From Atribacterota bacterium (GTDB lineage: Bacteria > Atribacterota > Phoenicimicrobiia > Phoenicimicrobiales > Phoenicimicrobiaceae): 55,665 nt of DNA. The stretch is from assembly GCA_035648055.1 (NCBI GenBank), contig DASRMF010000084.1:1-55665 (forward strand). The letters are read 5' to 3'. Under the pieces are notes generated by a model. It was not told the origin of the DNA. It was given only the letters and a program-made list of their open reading frames with translations, and searched no databases. The position numbers were made by a program, and so were the translations under genes. Below are positions 18,755 to 29,937 of the stretch, piece by piece (within the stretch, counting starts at the first letter, position 1; each line of letters begins with the position of its first letter).

Positions 18755-20080
18755 CTACCCCACTAAAGTTTGCACTGAAGAAACGATATAATTAGAAAAT
18801 ATTTTATTTAATTTAACACTAACTATTTCACCTCTTTTGCCGGTAAAAGCAGGAATTAGCACTTTAATATAATTAGAGGTGGTACCGCGGGAATAAATTC
18901 TTCCTTCTTCGTCTTTTATCTCGTCCTCAACCAAGATTTCAGTAATTGAATTTAGGAAATTTTTTTGGAAATCATAAAATAATTCTTTGGATAATTCTTG
19001 CAGCTTTTTACTTCTTTCTTTTTTTGCTATATTATCGATTTTATTGGGCAGTAAAGCTGCTACGCATTTTTTACGATTAGAATATTTAAAAACGTGCATT
19101 TTTGCAAAGTGTATTTTTCTAACAAAACTAACGGTTTTACTGAAACTATTATCGTCTTCATTGGGGAAACCAACCATAATATCAGTAGTAATGGCTATAT
19201 CGGGTACTGTTTCTTTTATCAGGGAGATCTTTTGATAAAAAATCGAGGTATCGTAAGGGCGATTCATAAGATTAAGAATTTTATCGTCTCCACTTTGTAG
19301 AGGAATATGAAGGTGATGGCAAAACTTAGAACAATTTTTAAAAACATCTAACAATTCAGCATCGATGTCTACTAATTCTATTGAACTTAAACGAATTCTT
19401 TTTATTCCCTTAATGCTGTTAATCAGAGAAATTAATTTTGCTAAATTTATTTTTCCTTTATCTATATCTCTGCCGTAGGTGCCCAAATTAATTCCTGTGA
19501 GGACTACTTCTTTAATCCCATTACTACTTAAAGAGGAAACTTCTTCCAATACATCTTCTACGGGTCTACTCCGAGCAGGACCCCTAACATACGGAACTTT
19601 ACAATAAGTACAGAATCTGTTACAACCATCCTGAATTTTAAGCAATGCACGGGTATGCAAACTGCTTGATTTATTTTTAAGTATATTGTCGTATTTTTTC
19701 AGATATTTTGCAGGCTTTACTCTAATAACCGGATCAGGGAAATCATTTTTTTCTAATAGTTGTAAGATATCATTTTTTTCCCCATTCCCGGCTATCAGAC
19801 TGATGCCTTCTATCTTTTGTAAGTCTTCGTAGTCAGATTGTGCATAGCAGCCGGTTACGATTATTTTTGATTTTCTATTTTGACGGATAGCTTTTCTTAT
19901 CATTTGCTTAGATTTTCTATCCGCTTCCTGAGTGACCGTACAGGTATTTATTATATATATGTCAGCATTTTGGTGAAAATCTACTATTTGAAATCCTTTA
20001 TCTTGTAAAATACTGATAATACTTTCTGTTTCATATTGGTTTACTTTGCATCCAAGTGTTTTGAGGGCAACTTTAGTAAT
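18755..20080 (-). CDS. mtaB: tRNA (t6A37) methylthiotransferase MtaB, apparent ATT start
   Basis: The track ORF (18755-19903) starts at an internal ATG. The frame stays open up to the dnaJ stop and encodes the missing MTTase N-domain (TKVALKTLGCKVNQYETE...INTCTVT). Radical SAM motif CNRFCTYCKVP. The only start-like codons there are ATT at 20080 and 20083, 7 and 4 nt after GGAGGAG. Confidence 0.85.
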   Translation of the reverse strand: MTKVALKTLGCKVNQYETESIISILQDKGFQIVDFHQNADIYIINTCTVTQEADRKSKQMIRKAIRQNRKSKIIVTGCYAQSDYEDLQKIEGISLIAGNGEKNDILQLLEKNDFPDPVIRVKPAKYLKKYDNILKNKSSSLHTRALLKIQDGCNRFCTYCKVPYVRGPARSRPVEDVLEEVSSLSSNGIKEVVLTGINLGTYGRDIDKGKINLAKLISLINSIKGIKRIRLSSIELVDIDAELLDVFKNCSKFCHHLHIPLQSGDDKILNLMNRPYDTSIFYQKISLIKETVPDIAITTDIMVGFPNEDDNSFSKTVSFVRKIHFAKMHVFKYSNRKKCVAALLPNKIDNIAKKERSKKLQELSKELFYDFQKNFLNSITEILVEDEIKDEEGRIYSRGTTSNYIKVLIPAFTGKRGEIVSVKLNKIFSNYIVSSVQTLVG

Positions 20081-20101
20081 AATTACTCCTCCTTTTTTAT
20101 T

Positions 20102-21226
20102 CTATCCTAAAGCATTTTTAATTTTATCAAAAATACCTTTCTCTCCTAATGTCTCTAAATCTTCACCGTTTAACTCTGCATATTTTAACAATACATTTTT
20201 TTGTTTCTCATTCATCTTTTTAGGTACTTCCACTTTAATTTTAATATATTGATTCCCTCGCTGCTTAGTTCCAATTTTAAATATTCCTTTTCCTCTAAGC
20301 CTAAAAACACTATTTGGTTGAGTGCCAGCAGGAATTTTTAGTTTTGCCTTTTCTTCTAAGGTAGGGACAGTTGTTGTACCACCCAATGCTGCCTTTACAA
20401 AACTAATTGAATGGCTACAATTAATATCTATTCCGTTGCGGTTAAATATTTTATGAGGTTTTATGTATAAAACAATATATAAATCTCCGGAGGATCCTCC
20501 TCGTTCTCCGGGTTCACCCATTCCGGTTATTCGTAATTGGTGACCGGTATCGACACCAGCAGGTATTTTTACTTTTACTATTCTATTTTTCTTTACTTTT
20601 CCCGTACCACTACAATTGGTACATACTTCCTTTATTATTTTTCCTTCACCTGCACACCGGGGGCAGGTTTTTACATTAACAAATTGGCCGAACATTGTAT
20701 TTTGAGTACTTTTTATCTCCCCTGTACCGTGGCAATCAGTGCAGGTCTGTGGAGATGTCCCAGGTTTAGCTCCGCTTCCTTTGCATATTGAACAGTTTTC
20801 CCAACTGGGAACTTCAATTTTAGTTTCTTTACCAAAGGCAGCATCTTCGAAATTTATTTCTAAATTATATCTTAAGTTAGCTCCTCTTTGGGAACGAGTT
20901 CCTCTTCCACTTCCTCGAGTTCTTGCTCCAAAGAAAGAATCAAAGATATCACCAAAATCGCCAAAATCAGAAAAACCTCTTCCCTGAGAATTAAATCCTC
21001 CCATGCCTTCAGCTGAACCAAATTGATCATATCCTGCCTTCTTTTCCGGGTTACTTAGTACCTGATAGGCTTCGTTAATTTCCTTAAATTTATCTTCTGC
21101 ATTGCTGTCAGATGAATTTCTATCAGGGTGATATTTAAGGGCAAGCTTTCTATAAGCTTTTTTTATTTCCTCAGGGGAAGCCCCTTTTTTTATATCTAAA
21201 ACTTCATAATAATCTCTTTTTGTCAA
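20102..21226 (-). CDS. dnaJ: Molecular chaperone DnaJ
   Basis: 374 aa. J-domain HPDRN, G/F region, four zinc motifs [35 protein letters not shown] start. Confidence 0.97.
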   Translation of the reverse strand: MTKRDYYEVLDIKKGASPEEIKKAYRKLALKYHPDRNSSDSNAEDKFKEINEAYQVLSNPEKKAGYDQFGSAEGMGGFNSQGRGFSDFGDFGDIFDSFFGARTRGSGRGTRSQRGANLRYNLEINFEDAAFGKETKIEVPSWENCSICKGSGAKPGTSPQTCTDCHGTGEIKSTQNTMFGQFVNVKTCPRCAGEGKIIKEVCTNCSGTGKVKKNRIVKVKIPAGVDTGHQLRITGMGEPGERGGSSGDLYIVLYIKPHKIFNRNGIDINCSHSISFVKAALGGTTTVPTLEEKAKLKIPAGTQPNSVFRLRGKGIFKIGTKQRGNQYIKIKVEVPKKMNEKQKNVLLKYAELNGEDLETLGEKGIFDKIKNALG

Positions 21227-21301
21227 TTAATATTTTCCTTTCGTTATCGTCCGGGTTCATAAACCGAATTTACGCGGGTTCCTCCGCCTTTAAATAGACG
21301 C

Positions 21302-21325
21302 GGGCTCGATGAATCGAGCCCCTAC
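21302..21325 (-). repeat. REP-like GC hairpin with GTAG head (type B)
   Basis: Sense strand GTAGGGGCTCGA-TTCA-TCGAGCCC; 8-bp GC-rich stem in an AT-rich spacer. Confidence 0.8.
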
Positions 21326-21350
21326 AAATTACTTATCGCGCATTATTCAT

Positions 21351-21378
21351 TATGGGCAGACACAAGGTCTGCCCATAC
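21351..21378 (-). repeat. REP-like GC hairpin (type A, GTAT head)
   Basis: Sense strand GTATGGGCAGAC-CTTGT-GTCTGCCCATA, 11-bp stem. The 21-mer gggcagacacaaggtctgccc (21354-21374) is identical to 51444-51464. Confidence 0.85.
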
Positions 21379-21420
21379 TTGTACCTTACGACCTTATCTT
21401 TCTTCTATTTTCTTAACTAT

Positions 21421-21471
21421 ACGCTGCACGCTATACGCTATTTTTGCTCCACGCTGCACGCTATACGCTAT
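21421..21471. repeat. 21-nt direct repeat with 30-nt period next to the dnaK stop
   Basis: acgctgcacgctatacgctat at 21421-21441 and 21451-21471. Confidence 0.9.
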
Positions 21472-23423
21472 TACTTCTTGTCTTCGTCCTTCTCTACTTC
21501 ATAATCAGCATCAACTACTTTTTCTTCATCTTCTTCGACTGTCTTTTCTTCGGTTTCAGACTGGTTACTCTTTTCGCCTTCTTTAGCTGCTTCCTGTTGT
21601 TGTTTTTCTGCTGATGCTTTTTTATAAATCTCTTCAGCAAGTTTATGTGAAGAAGTAGTTAATTTTTCGATATCCGATTTAATTTTTTCTATATCGTCCT
21701 CTTCTAAGGCTTTTTTAATATCTTTTATGTTTTCATTTATATTGGTTTTCTCTTCTTCGCCAATCTTATCGCTGGATTCTTTTAGAGTTTTTTCCACAGA
21801 ATAAATCAGAGTATCTGCCTGATTTCTAACTTCTACCTTTTCCTTTAATTTCTTGTCTTCTTCAGCGAATTTTTCTGATTCTTTTATTTTTTTATCTATT
21901 TCTTCATCAGTTAATCCGCTTGATGTAGTAATAGTTATTTTTTGTTCTTTCCCGGTACCTAAGTCCTTAGCTTTAACATTAACAATACCACTGGCGTCTA
22001 TATCAAAGGTTACTTCGATTTGGGGAAGCCCCCTTGGGGCTAGAGGTATGCCAATCAGTTGAAATCTTCCTAAACTGATATCATCTTTGGCCATAGACCT
22101 TTCACCTTGCAATACATTTATATCTACCGCGCTCTGGTTATCAGCAGCGGTTGAAAATATCTGGCTCTTGGAAGTAGGTATAGTGGTATTTTTTTCAATT
22201 AGTCTAGTTGCTACCCCACCTAAAGTTTCTATACCTAAAGATAGAGGTGTAACATCCAGCAATAGAATGTCAGACTTTACTTCACCTCCTAAAATTCCAG
22301 CTTGAATCGCTGCGCCTATTGCTACTACTTCATCAGGATTAACCCCTTTATTTGCCTCTTTTCCAAATATTTTCTTTACCGTTTCCTGTACTTTGGGCAT
22401 TCTGGTTTGCCCGCCAACCAAAATTACTTCATCAATATCCTCCGCCTTTAATTTAGCGTCTTTGAGTGCTTTATTACAGGGTTCTATGGTACTCTCGATA
22501 AGGTCAGCGGTAAGCTGTTCTAATTTAGCTCTGGTGAGGGTAACGGTTAAATGTTTTGGACCACTGGCATCAGCAGTAATGAAAGGTAAATTAATTTCAG
22601 TTTCTAATGATGAAGATAATTCGCATTTTGCTTTTTCTGCTGCTTCCTTCAATCTTTGCAAAGCCATTTGGTCATTTTTTAGATCTACTCCATTTTCTTT
22701 TTTGAAACTATCCACTAACCAGTGTATTATTTTTTGGTCAAAATCGTCACCACCCAGGAAGGTATTTCCGTTGGTAGATTTAACCTCATAGACTCCCTCT
22801 TCGCCAATATCTAAAATAGATATGTCAAAAGTTCCGCCTCCAAGATCATAAACTGCTACTTTTTCATTTTTTTTCTTTTCAAACCCGTAAGCAAAAGCAG
22901 CGGCTGTCGGCTCATTTATAATTCTTAAAACATTTAAACCGGCGATTTTCCCCGCGTTTTTAGTTGCTTCTCTTTGGTTGTCATCAAAATACGCTGGTAC
23001 AGTAATTACTGCGTCATTTATTTTTTCCCCAACATGATCTTCGGCAGATTTTTTAAGCTTTTGTAGTATCATAGCTGAAATTTCCTGTGGACTGTATGTC
23101 TTACCCTTGGCTTCAATTTTAACATCAGTATGCCCTCCGGGAACTAATTTAAAGGGTAAATACTTCTTTGCCTTTTGTATTTCTTCATCATTGTATCTTC
23201 TGCCAATAAGTCTTTTAACTGAAAATATGGTATTTTCGGGGTTTGTAACTGCTTGTCTTTTAGCTAACAAGCCCACTAACCTTTCACCTTTTTTAGTAAA
23301 TGCAACTATAGAAGGAGTGGTTCGGCCACCTTCTGCATTTTCTATTATAACAGGTTTTCCGCCTTCTATAACTGCGACAACAGAATTAGTTGTCCCTAAA
23401 TCGATTCCAATTATTTTTCCCAT
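21471..23423 (-). CDS. dnaK: Molecular chaperone DnaK (Hsp70)
   Basis: 650 aa. [17 protein letters not shown], acidic C-terminal tail. Confidence 0.98.
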   Translation of the reverse strand: MGKIIGIDLGTTNSVVAVIEGGKPVIIENAEGGRTTPSIVAFTKKGERLVGLLAKRQAVTNPENTIFSVKRLIGRRYNDEEIQKAKKYLPFKLVPGGHTDVKIEAKGKTYSPQEISAMILQKLKKSAEDHVGEKINDAVITVPAYFDDNQREATKNAGKIAGLNVLRIINEPTAAAFAYGFEKKKNEKVAVYDLGGGTFDISILDIGEEGVYEVKSTNGNTFLGGDDFDQKIIHWLVDSFKKENGVDLKNDQMALQRLKEAAEKAKCELSSSLETEINLPFITADASGPKHLTVTLTRAKLEQLTADLIESTIEPCNKALKDAKLKAEDIDEVILVGGQTRMPKVQETVKKIFGKEANKGVNPDEVVAIGAAIQAGILGGEVKSDILLLDVTPLSLGIETLGGVATRLIEKNTTIPTSKSQIFSTAADNQSAVDINVLQGERSMAKDDISLGRFQLIGIPLAPRGLPQIEVTFDIDASGIVNVKAKDLGTGKEQKITITTSSGLTDEEIDKKIKESEKFAEEDKKLKEKVEVRNQADTLIYSVEKTLKESSDKIGEEEKTNINENIKDIKKALEEDDIEKIKSDIEKLTTSSHKLAEEIYKKASAEKQQQEAAKEGEKSNQSETEEKTVEEDEEKVVDADYEVEKDEDKK

Positions 23424-23460
23424 GATATTATCTCTCCTTTTCTTAATCTTTTTTTTTAAA

Positions 23461-24099
23461 TTATTTTATTTCAGTTTCCTTTTTCTCTTTAGTTGAAACC
23501 GCGACTTTTACCATTGCCGGTCTTAATACTTTAGATTTTATATAGTAACCTTTTTGAAATTCTTCGGTAACTGTATCTTCAGAATATTTTTCTGTGTCTA
23601 CTCTCATTACCGCTTCATGTTTATAAGGGTCAAATATATGCCCAATTGATTGCATAGGTTTAACCCCTTCTTTATTTAAAATATTATGAAATTCTTTTAA
23701 AATATTAGTAACACCTTCTTTTATAGCCTTTGAGTTTTTATTATTTTTAGCAGAACCTAAGGCTCTTTCCAGATTATCCAATACAGTTAACAAATTACTT
23801 ATAAGTCTTTCGTTAGCAAATTCAATAAATTCCTTCTGTTTTTTCTCCTGCCGTTTTTTGTAATTATCAAAATCAGCTTGCAATCTTTCCAAACGCCCCA
23901 GATATTCATGGGATAAATCATTTTCTTCCTGAACTATCTTCCTGCTTTCTGATAATTCCTCTTCTGCATCTTGAAATAGTTTTTCTTTTTCTATTAATTT
24001 TCGGATTATTTCTTCTTTATTCATTGATTTATATTTTTTGCTTTCTGTTAATTTTGCTTTTTCCTGAAATTCCTTTTTATCCTTTTTTTTAAACATCAT
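23461..24099 (-). CDS. grpE: Nucleotide exchange factor GrpE
   Basis: 212 aa. Coiled-coil N-terminal half and GrpE C-terminal beta domain (FDPYKHEAV). hrcA-grpE-dnaK-dnaJ order. Confidence 0.94.
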   Translation of the reverse strand: MMFKKKDKKEFQEKAKLTESKKYKSMNKEEIIRKLIEKEKLFQDAEEELSESRKIVQEENDLSHEYLGRLERLQADFDNYKKRQEKKQKEFIEFANERLISNLLTVLDNLERALGSAKNNKNSKAIKEGVTNILKEFHNILNKEGVKPMQSIGHIFDPYKHEAVMRVDTEKYSEDTVTEEFQKGYYIKSKVLRPAMVKVAVSTKEKKETEIK

Positions 24100-24132
24100 T
24101 AATCCCCCGAGAATGAACCTTATGAAAAAATC

Positions 24133-25164
24133 TTAAAATTCTGATAATATCTCACTTAATTTATCCGAAATATATTCAGCAATAGAAACCATTCTGGGAT
24201 AATCCATCCTGGTTGGGCCTAAAATTCCTATTGCTCCAGCCGGTTTGCCTTTAATGCTGTATTCACTTGTTACCAGACTGCAATTTTGCATTTCCTTTAG
24301 TTTGCTTTCTTTGCCGATAATTATTTTAGTCTTTCTAAATCCTAAATATCCCCTTATCGTATCGGCTAATATATTTTCTTCTTCAATTAATGATAATATA
24401 TAATTTAATTTATCTGTTTCTTTAAATTCAGGGTGTTTTATTATATTCATTCTGCCATCTAAATAAACTTTATTTTCAGAATATTCAAAATCAAAGCATT
24501 CTTCTAAAAAATTATGAATATAACTAAATTTTTCCTGAAATGATATAATTTTATCCAATTCATCCAATAGCATATTATTCAAATTTGTTATAGTTATATC
24601 TTTTTCTGCTAATTTGCTATTAATGAAATTAGATAGATAGTTCAATCTATCTTTATTTATTTCTCCGGAAACGTTAATTATTTTTTGGCAGACCAGTCCT
24701 GCATCGGTAATTATAACTGTTAGGATACGATTATTTCCTATCGCTACAAACTGAATATTATTTACTGTATTATTATAAATAACCGGTGCCAATACGACTC
24801 CTATATTATCGGTTAATTTGGATAATAATTGAGAAGTTATCTTCATCGTTTCTTCAAACTCTTTGTTTTTTCTATAAATCCGGATAATTTCTCTCTTTTC
24901 TTTTTCTTTTAAGTAGTTTTTTACCATCAAATTATCTACATAAAATCGATAACCTTTATCGGTGGGAATTCTTCCTGACGAAATATGCGGCTGCCATAAA
25001 TAATCATATTTTTCTAATAGATACATTTCATGTCTTATCGTGGCAGTACTTAAATTCAAATTATATTTTTCTGCAATTATAGCCGAACTAACCGGTTCAG
25101 CGGTAGTAATATATCTATGTACCACTGCTGTTAATATATTTTTCATTCTTTCATTTAATTCCAT
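24133..25164 (-). CDS. hrcA: Heat-inducible transcription repressor HrcA
   Basis: 343 aa. N-terminal winged-helix region (EPVSSAIIAEKYNLNLSTATIRHEM). First gene of the dnaK operon, preceded by CIRCE. Confidence 0.94.
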   Translation of the reverse strand: MELNERMKNILTAVVHRYITTAEPVSSAIIAEKYNLNLSTATIRHEMYLLEKYDYLWQPHISSGRIPTDKGYRFYVDNLMVKNYLKEKEKREIIRIYRKNKEFEETMKITSQLLSKLTDNIGVVLAPVIYNNTVNNIQFVAIGNNRILTVIITDAGLVCQKIINVSGEINKDRLNYLSNFINSKLAEKDITITNLNNMLLDELDKIISFQEKFSYIHNFLEECFDFEYSENKVYLDGRMNIIKHPEFKETDKLNYILSLIEEENILADTIRGYLGFRKTKIIIGKESKLKEMQNCSLVTSEYSIKGKPAGAIGILGPTRMDYPRMVSIAEYISDKLSEILSEF

Positions 25165-25177
25165 CTTTACGCCTCGT

Positions 25178-25204
25178 TTAGCACTCTCATAGGGAGAGTG
25201 CTAA
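25178..25204 (-). promoter_or_regulatory. CIRCE operator (HrcA binding site)
   Basis: ttagcactc-tcataggga-gagtgctaa, a perfect match to TTAGCACTC-N9-GAGTGCTAA, 14 nt upstream of the hrcA ATG. Confidence 0.95.
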
Positions 25205-25215
25205 TTGCCTTAAAT

Positions 25216-25244
25216 AAGATATCATTATAGATTCTATTTGTCAA
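25216..25244 (-). promoter_or_regulatory. Putative sigma-70 promoter of the hrcA-dnaK operon
   Basis: Sense strand TTGACA (25244-25239), 17-nt spacer, TATCTT (25221-25216), immediately upstream of CIRCE. Confidence 0.5.
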
Positions 25245-25259
25245 GATATTTTGAAAAAA

Positions 25260-26396
25260 TCAATCAACAAATTCCCTAAAAACAGTATCAGCCAGGAAAA
25301 TACCCCTTCTGGTTAATTTTATCTTACAATCATCTTTTTGTAATAACCCTGTATTAACTAATTTTTTGATTTGTTTATAGAAAGTATTATAAATATCAAC
25401 TTTAAATCTTTTTGCGAATTCTTTACAACTTATTCCATCGTTTGTCCTTAAGCCCAAAATTATGGTTTCTATCATTCTTTTTCTTAAAGATAACTTTTCA
25501 CCATTATCTATAGGCAATTTTCCACCCATTATCTCTTTTATATATCTTGCCGGGTTTTCATAATTCATATATCGATACCCTCTTATGAAAGAAAATGCTC
25601 CTGCTCCTATCCCCAAATATGGTTTATTCTGCCAATAAATTAGATTATGCTCCGATCTCTTATGAGGACGTGCAAAATTTGCTATCTCATAGTGCTCAAA
25701 ACCATTCTCTTCCAAATAATTTATTGCCCAGTTATACATGTCGAATTCTTCATCCTCAGTAGGTAGTTTTAACTTTCCCCTTTTATCTTCCTTATAATAC
25801 TCCGTTCCTGGTTTTAGAGTCAAATTATATAGTGATAAGTGGTCTGGTTTTAAGGAAACAGCTTTTTTTAATGTAGCTTGAAGATCTTCAGTGGTTTGCT
25901 CAGGTAAGGCAAACATTATATCTATATTGATATTGTTAAATCCTGCCTCTCGAGCCAAATAATATGAATCAATAATCTCTTGCGTATCATGTATTCTGCC
26001 CAATTTTTTTAAAAATAAATTATTGAAACTCTGTGCTCCTAAACTTAACCTGTTTATTCCCGATTCGATTAGCAGCTTTATTTTTTCACCATCTAATGTT
26101 CCCGGATTTGCTTCTATGGTTATCTCTGCGTTTTTATCAATTGTAAATTTATCTTTACAAAATTCCAATATATTACAAATTTGAGCTCCTGATAAAATAG
26201 TAGGGGTGCCACCGCCTAAATAAATAGCCTTTACATTGCTCTTTTTTAATTTTTTAGAATAAGCGGTTATTTCCTGATATAAAGCGGGGATGTAGGAGGA
26301 AATCTGATTATCTTCTTTCAATTGGTAAGAATTAAAGTCACAGTAAGGACATTTTGCTACACAATAAGGAAAATGTAGATACAATCCTAGTTTCAT
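25260..26396 (-). CDS. hemW: Radical SAM heme chaperone HemW (HemN-like)
   Basis: 378 aa. CxxxCxxC motif CVAKCPYCDF. lepA-hemW-hrcA order as in Bacillota. Confidence 0.9.
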   Translation of the reverse strand: MKLGLYLHFPYCVAKCPYCDFNSYQLKEDNQISSYIPALYQEITAYSKKLKKSNVKAIYLGGGTPTILSGAQICNILEFCKDKFTIDKNAEITIEANPGTLDGEKIKLLIESGINRLSLGAQSFNNLFLKKLGRIHDTQEIIDSYYLAREAGFNNINIDIMFALPEQTTEDLQATLKKAVSLKPDHLSLYNLTLKPGTEYYKEDKRGKLKLPTEDEEFDMYNWAINYLEENGFEHYEIANFARPHKRSEHNLIYWQNKPYLGIGAGAFSFIRGYRYMNYENPARYIKEIMGGKLPIDNGEKLSLRKRMIETIILGLRTNDGISCKEFAKRFKVDIYNTFYKQIKKLVNTGLLQKDDCKIKLTRRGIFLADTVFREFVD

Positions 26397-26406
26397 TAGT
26401 CATCCC

Positions 26407-28221
26407 CTAATCAATTTTTAATATTCCTAAAAATGCTTCTTGTGGAATTTCAACTTTTCCAAATTTTTTCATTCTTTTTTTCCCGGCTTTTTGTTTTTCT
26501 AAAAGCTTTCTTTTGCGGGTAATATCTCCTCCGTAACATTTGGCTGTTACATCTTTTTTTAATGCTTTTATAGTTTCTCGAGCAATAATCGTTCCTTCAA
26601 TCGTCGCTTGTAGCGGAACTTCATACATCTGGCGAGGGATAACTTCTTTTAGTTTTTCTACTATCTTCCTTGCCCGTGTATACGCCTTATCTTTATGTAC
26701 GACAAAAGACAGAGCATCCACTAACTGATGATTGACCAATATATCGACTTTTGCCAATTCAGAGGGCTGATATCCTATAAGTTCATAATCAAGAGAAGCA
26801 TATCCGCTGCTTATTGATTTCAATTTATCATTGAAATCTAAAATAATTTCATTTAAGGGGAGCTCATAATCTAATCTTAATATCTTTTCGTCGATATATT
26901 CCATATTTTTAAAGCTTCCCCTTCTTTCCTTAACTAAATCCATAATTCCACCAATACACTTACTGGGAGTTATAATGTTTACTTTTACGTATGGTTCTTC
27001 AATTTTTGTAATTTCATTTTTTGGAGGAAAAGAGACGGGGTTACTTATTTTTATAGCTTCTCCATCTTTTTTAGTTACTTGATACATTACGCTGGGTGTA
27101 GTTGCGATTAAACCTAAATCATATTCTCTTTCCAACCTTTCCTGAATAATCTCCATATGTAATAAACCCAAAAATCCACACCTAAAACCAAACCCTAAAG
27201 CTTCTGATGTTTCAGCTTCACTAAAAAGAGAGGAATCATTTAATTTAAGCTTATCCAATGCATCTTTAAGGTTTTCATACTCCTTATTATCAATCGGATA
27301 AATGCTGCAGAAAACCAAAGGGGTAACCTTTTTATATCCGGGAAGGCCCACTCGCGAGGGGTTGGAAGCATCGATAATAGTATCACCTACATGAGTATCT
27401 TTAATATTTTTAAACCCGGCTATTATGTATCCCACTTCTCCGGCATTAAGTTCTTTTATGGGCTGCATTTTGGGGCGAAAAATTCCTATTTCCATCACTT
27501 CATATTTTATGTTGTTAGACATGGTTTGAATAAACATACCCGGCTTTATAATCCCATCTACTACCTTAACGTAGACAATAGTTCCTTTGTATGGATTGTA
27601 GACCGAGTCAAATATAAGTGCTCTTAAGGGAAAACTCGAACTTCCTTTTGGTTGTGGAATTTTATTTACTATTGCTTCTAAAATATCAGAAGTACCGATT
27701 CCTTCTTTGGCACTCGCTAAAATTATTTCCTCTCCTTTTATTTCTGAAATATTCTGCAATTCTTTGGCAACTCTGTCCGGGTTTGCTGAGATAAGATCAA
27801 TTTTATTAATTATCGGAATTATTTTCAAATTACTTTTTATTGCTAAATTAATATTGGCTATGGTTTGTGCTTGTACTCCTTGAGATGCATCAACGATCAA
27901 CAAAGCACCCTCACATGCCGCAAGACTACGAGATACTTCATAGGAAAAATCAACATGTCCGGGGGTATCAATTAAATTTAAAATATATTCCTTCCCATCC
28001 TTGGAGTGGTAATATAATCTTACTGCTTTTGATTTAATGGTTATCCCCTTTTCTCTTTCTAAATCCATATCGTCCAATATCTGTTCTCTTTTTTCTCTCT
28101 CGGAAATTGTTCCGGTAAATTCCAACAATCTATCAGCTATGGTTGATTTTCCGTGATCAATATGAGCGATTATAGAAAAATTCCTGATATTTTCAATGTT
28201 GCAATGATAATCTTTTAGCAT
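26407..28221 (-). CDS. lepA: Elongation factor 4 (LepA)
   Basis: 604 aa. G motifs [21 protein letters not shown]. LepA-specific C-terminal domain. Confidence 0.97.
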   Translation of the reverse strand: MLKDYHCNIENIRNFSIIAHIDHGKSTIADRLLEFTGTISEREKREQILDDMDLEREKGITIKSKAVRLYYHSKDGKEYILNLIDTPGHVDFSYEVSRSLAACEGALLIVDASQGVQAQTIANINLAIKSNLKIIPIINKIDLISANPDRVAKELQNISEIKGEEIILASAKEGIGTSDILEAIVNKIPQPKGSSSFPLRALIFDSVYNPYKGTIVYVKVVDGIIKPGMFIQTMSNNIKYEVMEIGIFRPKMQPIKELNAGEVGYIIAGFKNIKDTHVGDTIIDASNPSRVGLPGYKKVTPLVFCSIYPIDNKEYENLKDALDKLKLNDSSLFSEAETSEALGFGFRCGFLGLLHMEIIQERLEREYDLGLIATTPSVMYQVTKKDGEAIKISNPVSFPPKNEITKIEEPYVKVNIITPSKCIGGIMDLVKERRGSFKNMEYIDEKILRLDYELPLNEIILDFNDKLKSISSGYASLDYELIGYQPSELAKVDILVNHQLVDALSFVVHKDKAYTRARKIVEKLKEVIPRQMYEVPLQATIEGTIIARETIKALKKDVTAKCYGGDITRKRKLLEKQKAGKKRMKKFGKVEIPQEAFLGILKID

Positions 28222-28224
28222 TAT

Positions 28225-29796
28225 TTAATTCTTACTCCTTAAGATTGTTTTTATAGTTTGCCTTAAATTTCTAACTTCTTTTACGTCCAGCATATAACTA
28301 ATAATAAAATATACCAAACCTCCACTAAAAATCGAGGCAGTTACTTGAATAATCTGATTATATTTATAACTTAAGTCTAATACCTTACCAAAATAATTAC
28401 TAACCAAAACACAGATTATTCCTAAAAATATTGAAGATATAATAATTTTTATCAAAAATGATAATTGGGATTTTAATTCAAAGTCCCCAATTTTGCCCTG
28501 TAAAACTTTTAATAATATAATCAGATTTAGTATAGCTGCTACTGATGTAGCTAAGGCTAAACCGGAGTGAGCTAAATATTTTACTAATATTAAATCTAAA
28601 GCAATATTTATAAATACTATAAAGATTCCAATTTTTACCGGAGTTTTGGTATCTTTTAAAGCATAAAAAGACATGGTTATCAATCGAGCACAGGCATAGG
28701 CAAACAGACCGATAGAATAATACAATAAGGCACTTGCAGTCATATTGGTTGCCACTCTGCTGAACATACCATGTTCGTATATTAAACGAATCAATGAATC
28801 CTTTAACACTATTAATCCCACAGCCGACGGAATAGTGATAAATAATAACATTTTTAGACCAAATAATAATGATTTTTTAAATTCAGCAATATCATTTTCT
28901 GCCGTCTGTTTTGCAAGCGTAGGAAAGATAGCAATAGATATAGCAATTCCAAATGCTCCCAGAGGAAATTGTACCAATCTGTTGGAATAATACAAAGCCG
29001 AAATGCTTCCATCAATTAAAGTAGAAGCAATTGTCCTATCCACTATAACATTAATCTGAGTAATAGCCAGGCCTATCATTGCTGGTATTAGTAGTTTTAG
29101 TAATTTCTTTACTCCCGGATCATTAAAGTCTACCGTAAAACTATATTTTATTTTTTTTCTTGTTAATGCCGGGACTTGTATTAACGCCTGACCTATCCCC
29201 CCCAAAATTACTCCCCAGGCAATGCTATATATACCATATTTGTAACTTAAAGTAATAGCAAAAACAATAACAGAAATATTTAACATAGCCGGCGCTAAGG
29301 CAGGCACTAAAAAATGATTATAAGAATTCAATATTCCCATAAATAAAGCCGCAACTGCCACAAAACCAACATAAGGGAATATAATTCTGGTGAGAGTTAT
29401 GGCTAATTGATATTTATACATATTGCTTTTAAAGCCGATAGCAATTATATTAATTAGCAAAGGGGCTCCCCAAATACCTAAAATTACCACAATTATTAAA
29501 ATTATAATCAAAATATTTAAAACATTGCTGGCAAAATATTCAGCTTTTTTTCTATCATTATTAGTTAAATACTCTGCAAAAATGGGTATGAAAGCTGAAT
29601 TTAAGGCGCCCTCCCCTAAAAAACTCCTCAGCAGATTAGGTATCATAAAGGCGATAAAAAAGGCATCTGTTTCAATTCCTGCTCCAAATCTATTGGAAAT
29701 CACTATTTCTCTGCCCAAACCTAATATTCTGCAAAATATAGTGGCAATAATTACTATGCCTGCATATTTGGCAATTTTATATTTTGTCTCCATCAA
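28225..29796 (-). CDS. murJ: Lipid II flippase MurJ
   Basis: 523-aa polytopic MOP-family protein. N-terminus FCRILGLGREIVISNRFGAG is typical of MurJ/MviN. Confidence 0.9.
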   Translation of the reverse strand: MMETKYKIAKYAGIVIIATIFCRILGLGREIVISNRFGAGIETDAFFIAFMIPNLLRSFLGEGALNSAFIPIFAEYLTNNDRKKAEYFASNVLNILIIILIIVVILGIWGAPLLINIIAIGFKSNMYKYQLAITLTRIIFPYVGFVAVAALFMGILNSYNHFLVPALAPAMLNISVIVFAITLSYKYGIYSIAWGVILGGIGQALIQVPALTRKKIKYSFTVDFNDPGVKKLLKLLIPAMIGLAITQINVIVDRTIASTLIDGSISALYYSNRLVQFPLGAFGIAISIAIFPTLAKQTAENDIAEFKKSLLFGLKMLLFITIPSAVGLIVLKDSLIRLIYEHGMFSRVATNMTASALLYYSIGLFAYACARLITMSFYALKDTKTPVKIGIFIVFINIALDLILVKYLAHSGLALATSVAAILNLIILLKVLQGKIGDFELKSQLSFLIKIIISSIFLGIICVLVSNYFGKVLDLSYKYNQIIQVTASIFSGGLVYFIISYMLDVKEVRNLRQTIKTILRSKN

Positions 29797-29871
29797 ACTC
29801 CTTTTTTCTCTCTCTTTTATCTTCTCTCTTTGCTAGATACTTGATACTATATACTATATACTGATTAAGGC

Positions 29872-29900
29872 TTGATTTTAAATTGAAATAATGTTAAAAT
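29872..29900 (+). promoter_or_regulatory. Putative sigma-70 promoter of rpsT
   Basis: TTGATT (29872-29877), 17-nt spacer ending in TG, TAAAAT (29895-29900), about 38 nt upstream of the ATG. Confidence 0.55.
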
Positions 29901-29937
29901 TACCAAGTAAAATTAATATTATCGAAAGGAAATAATT

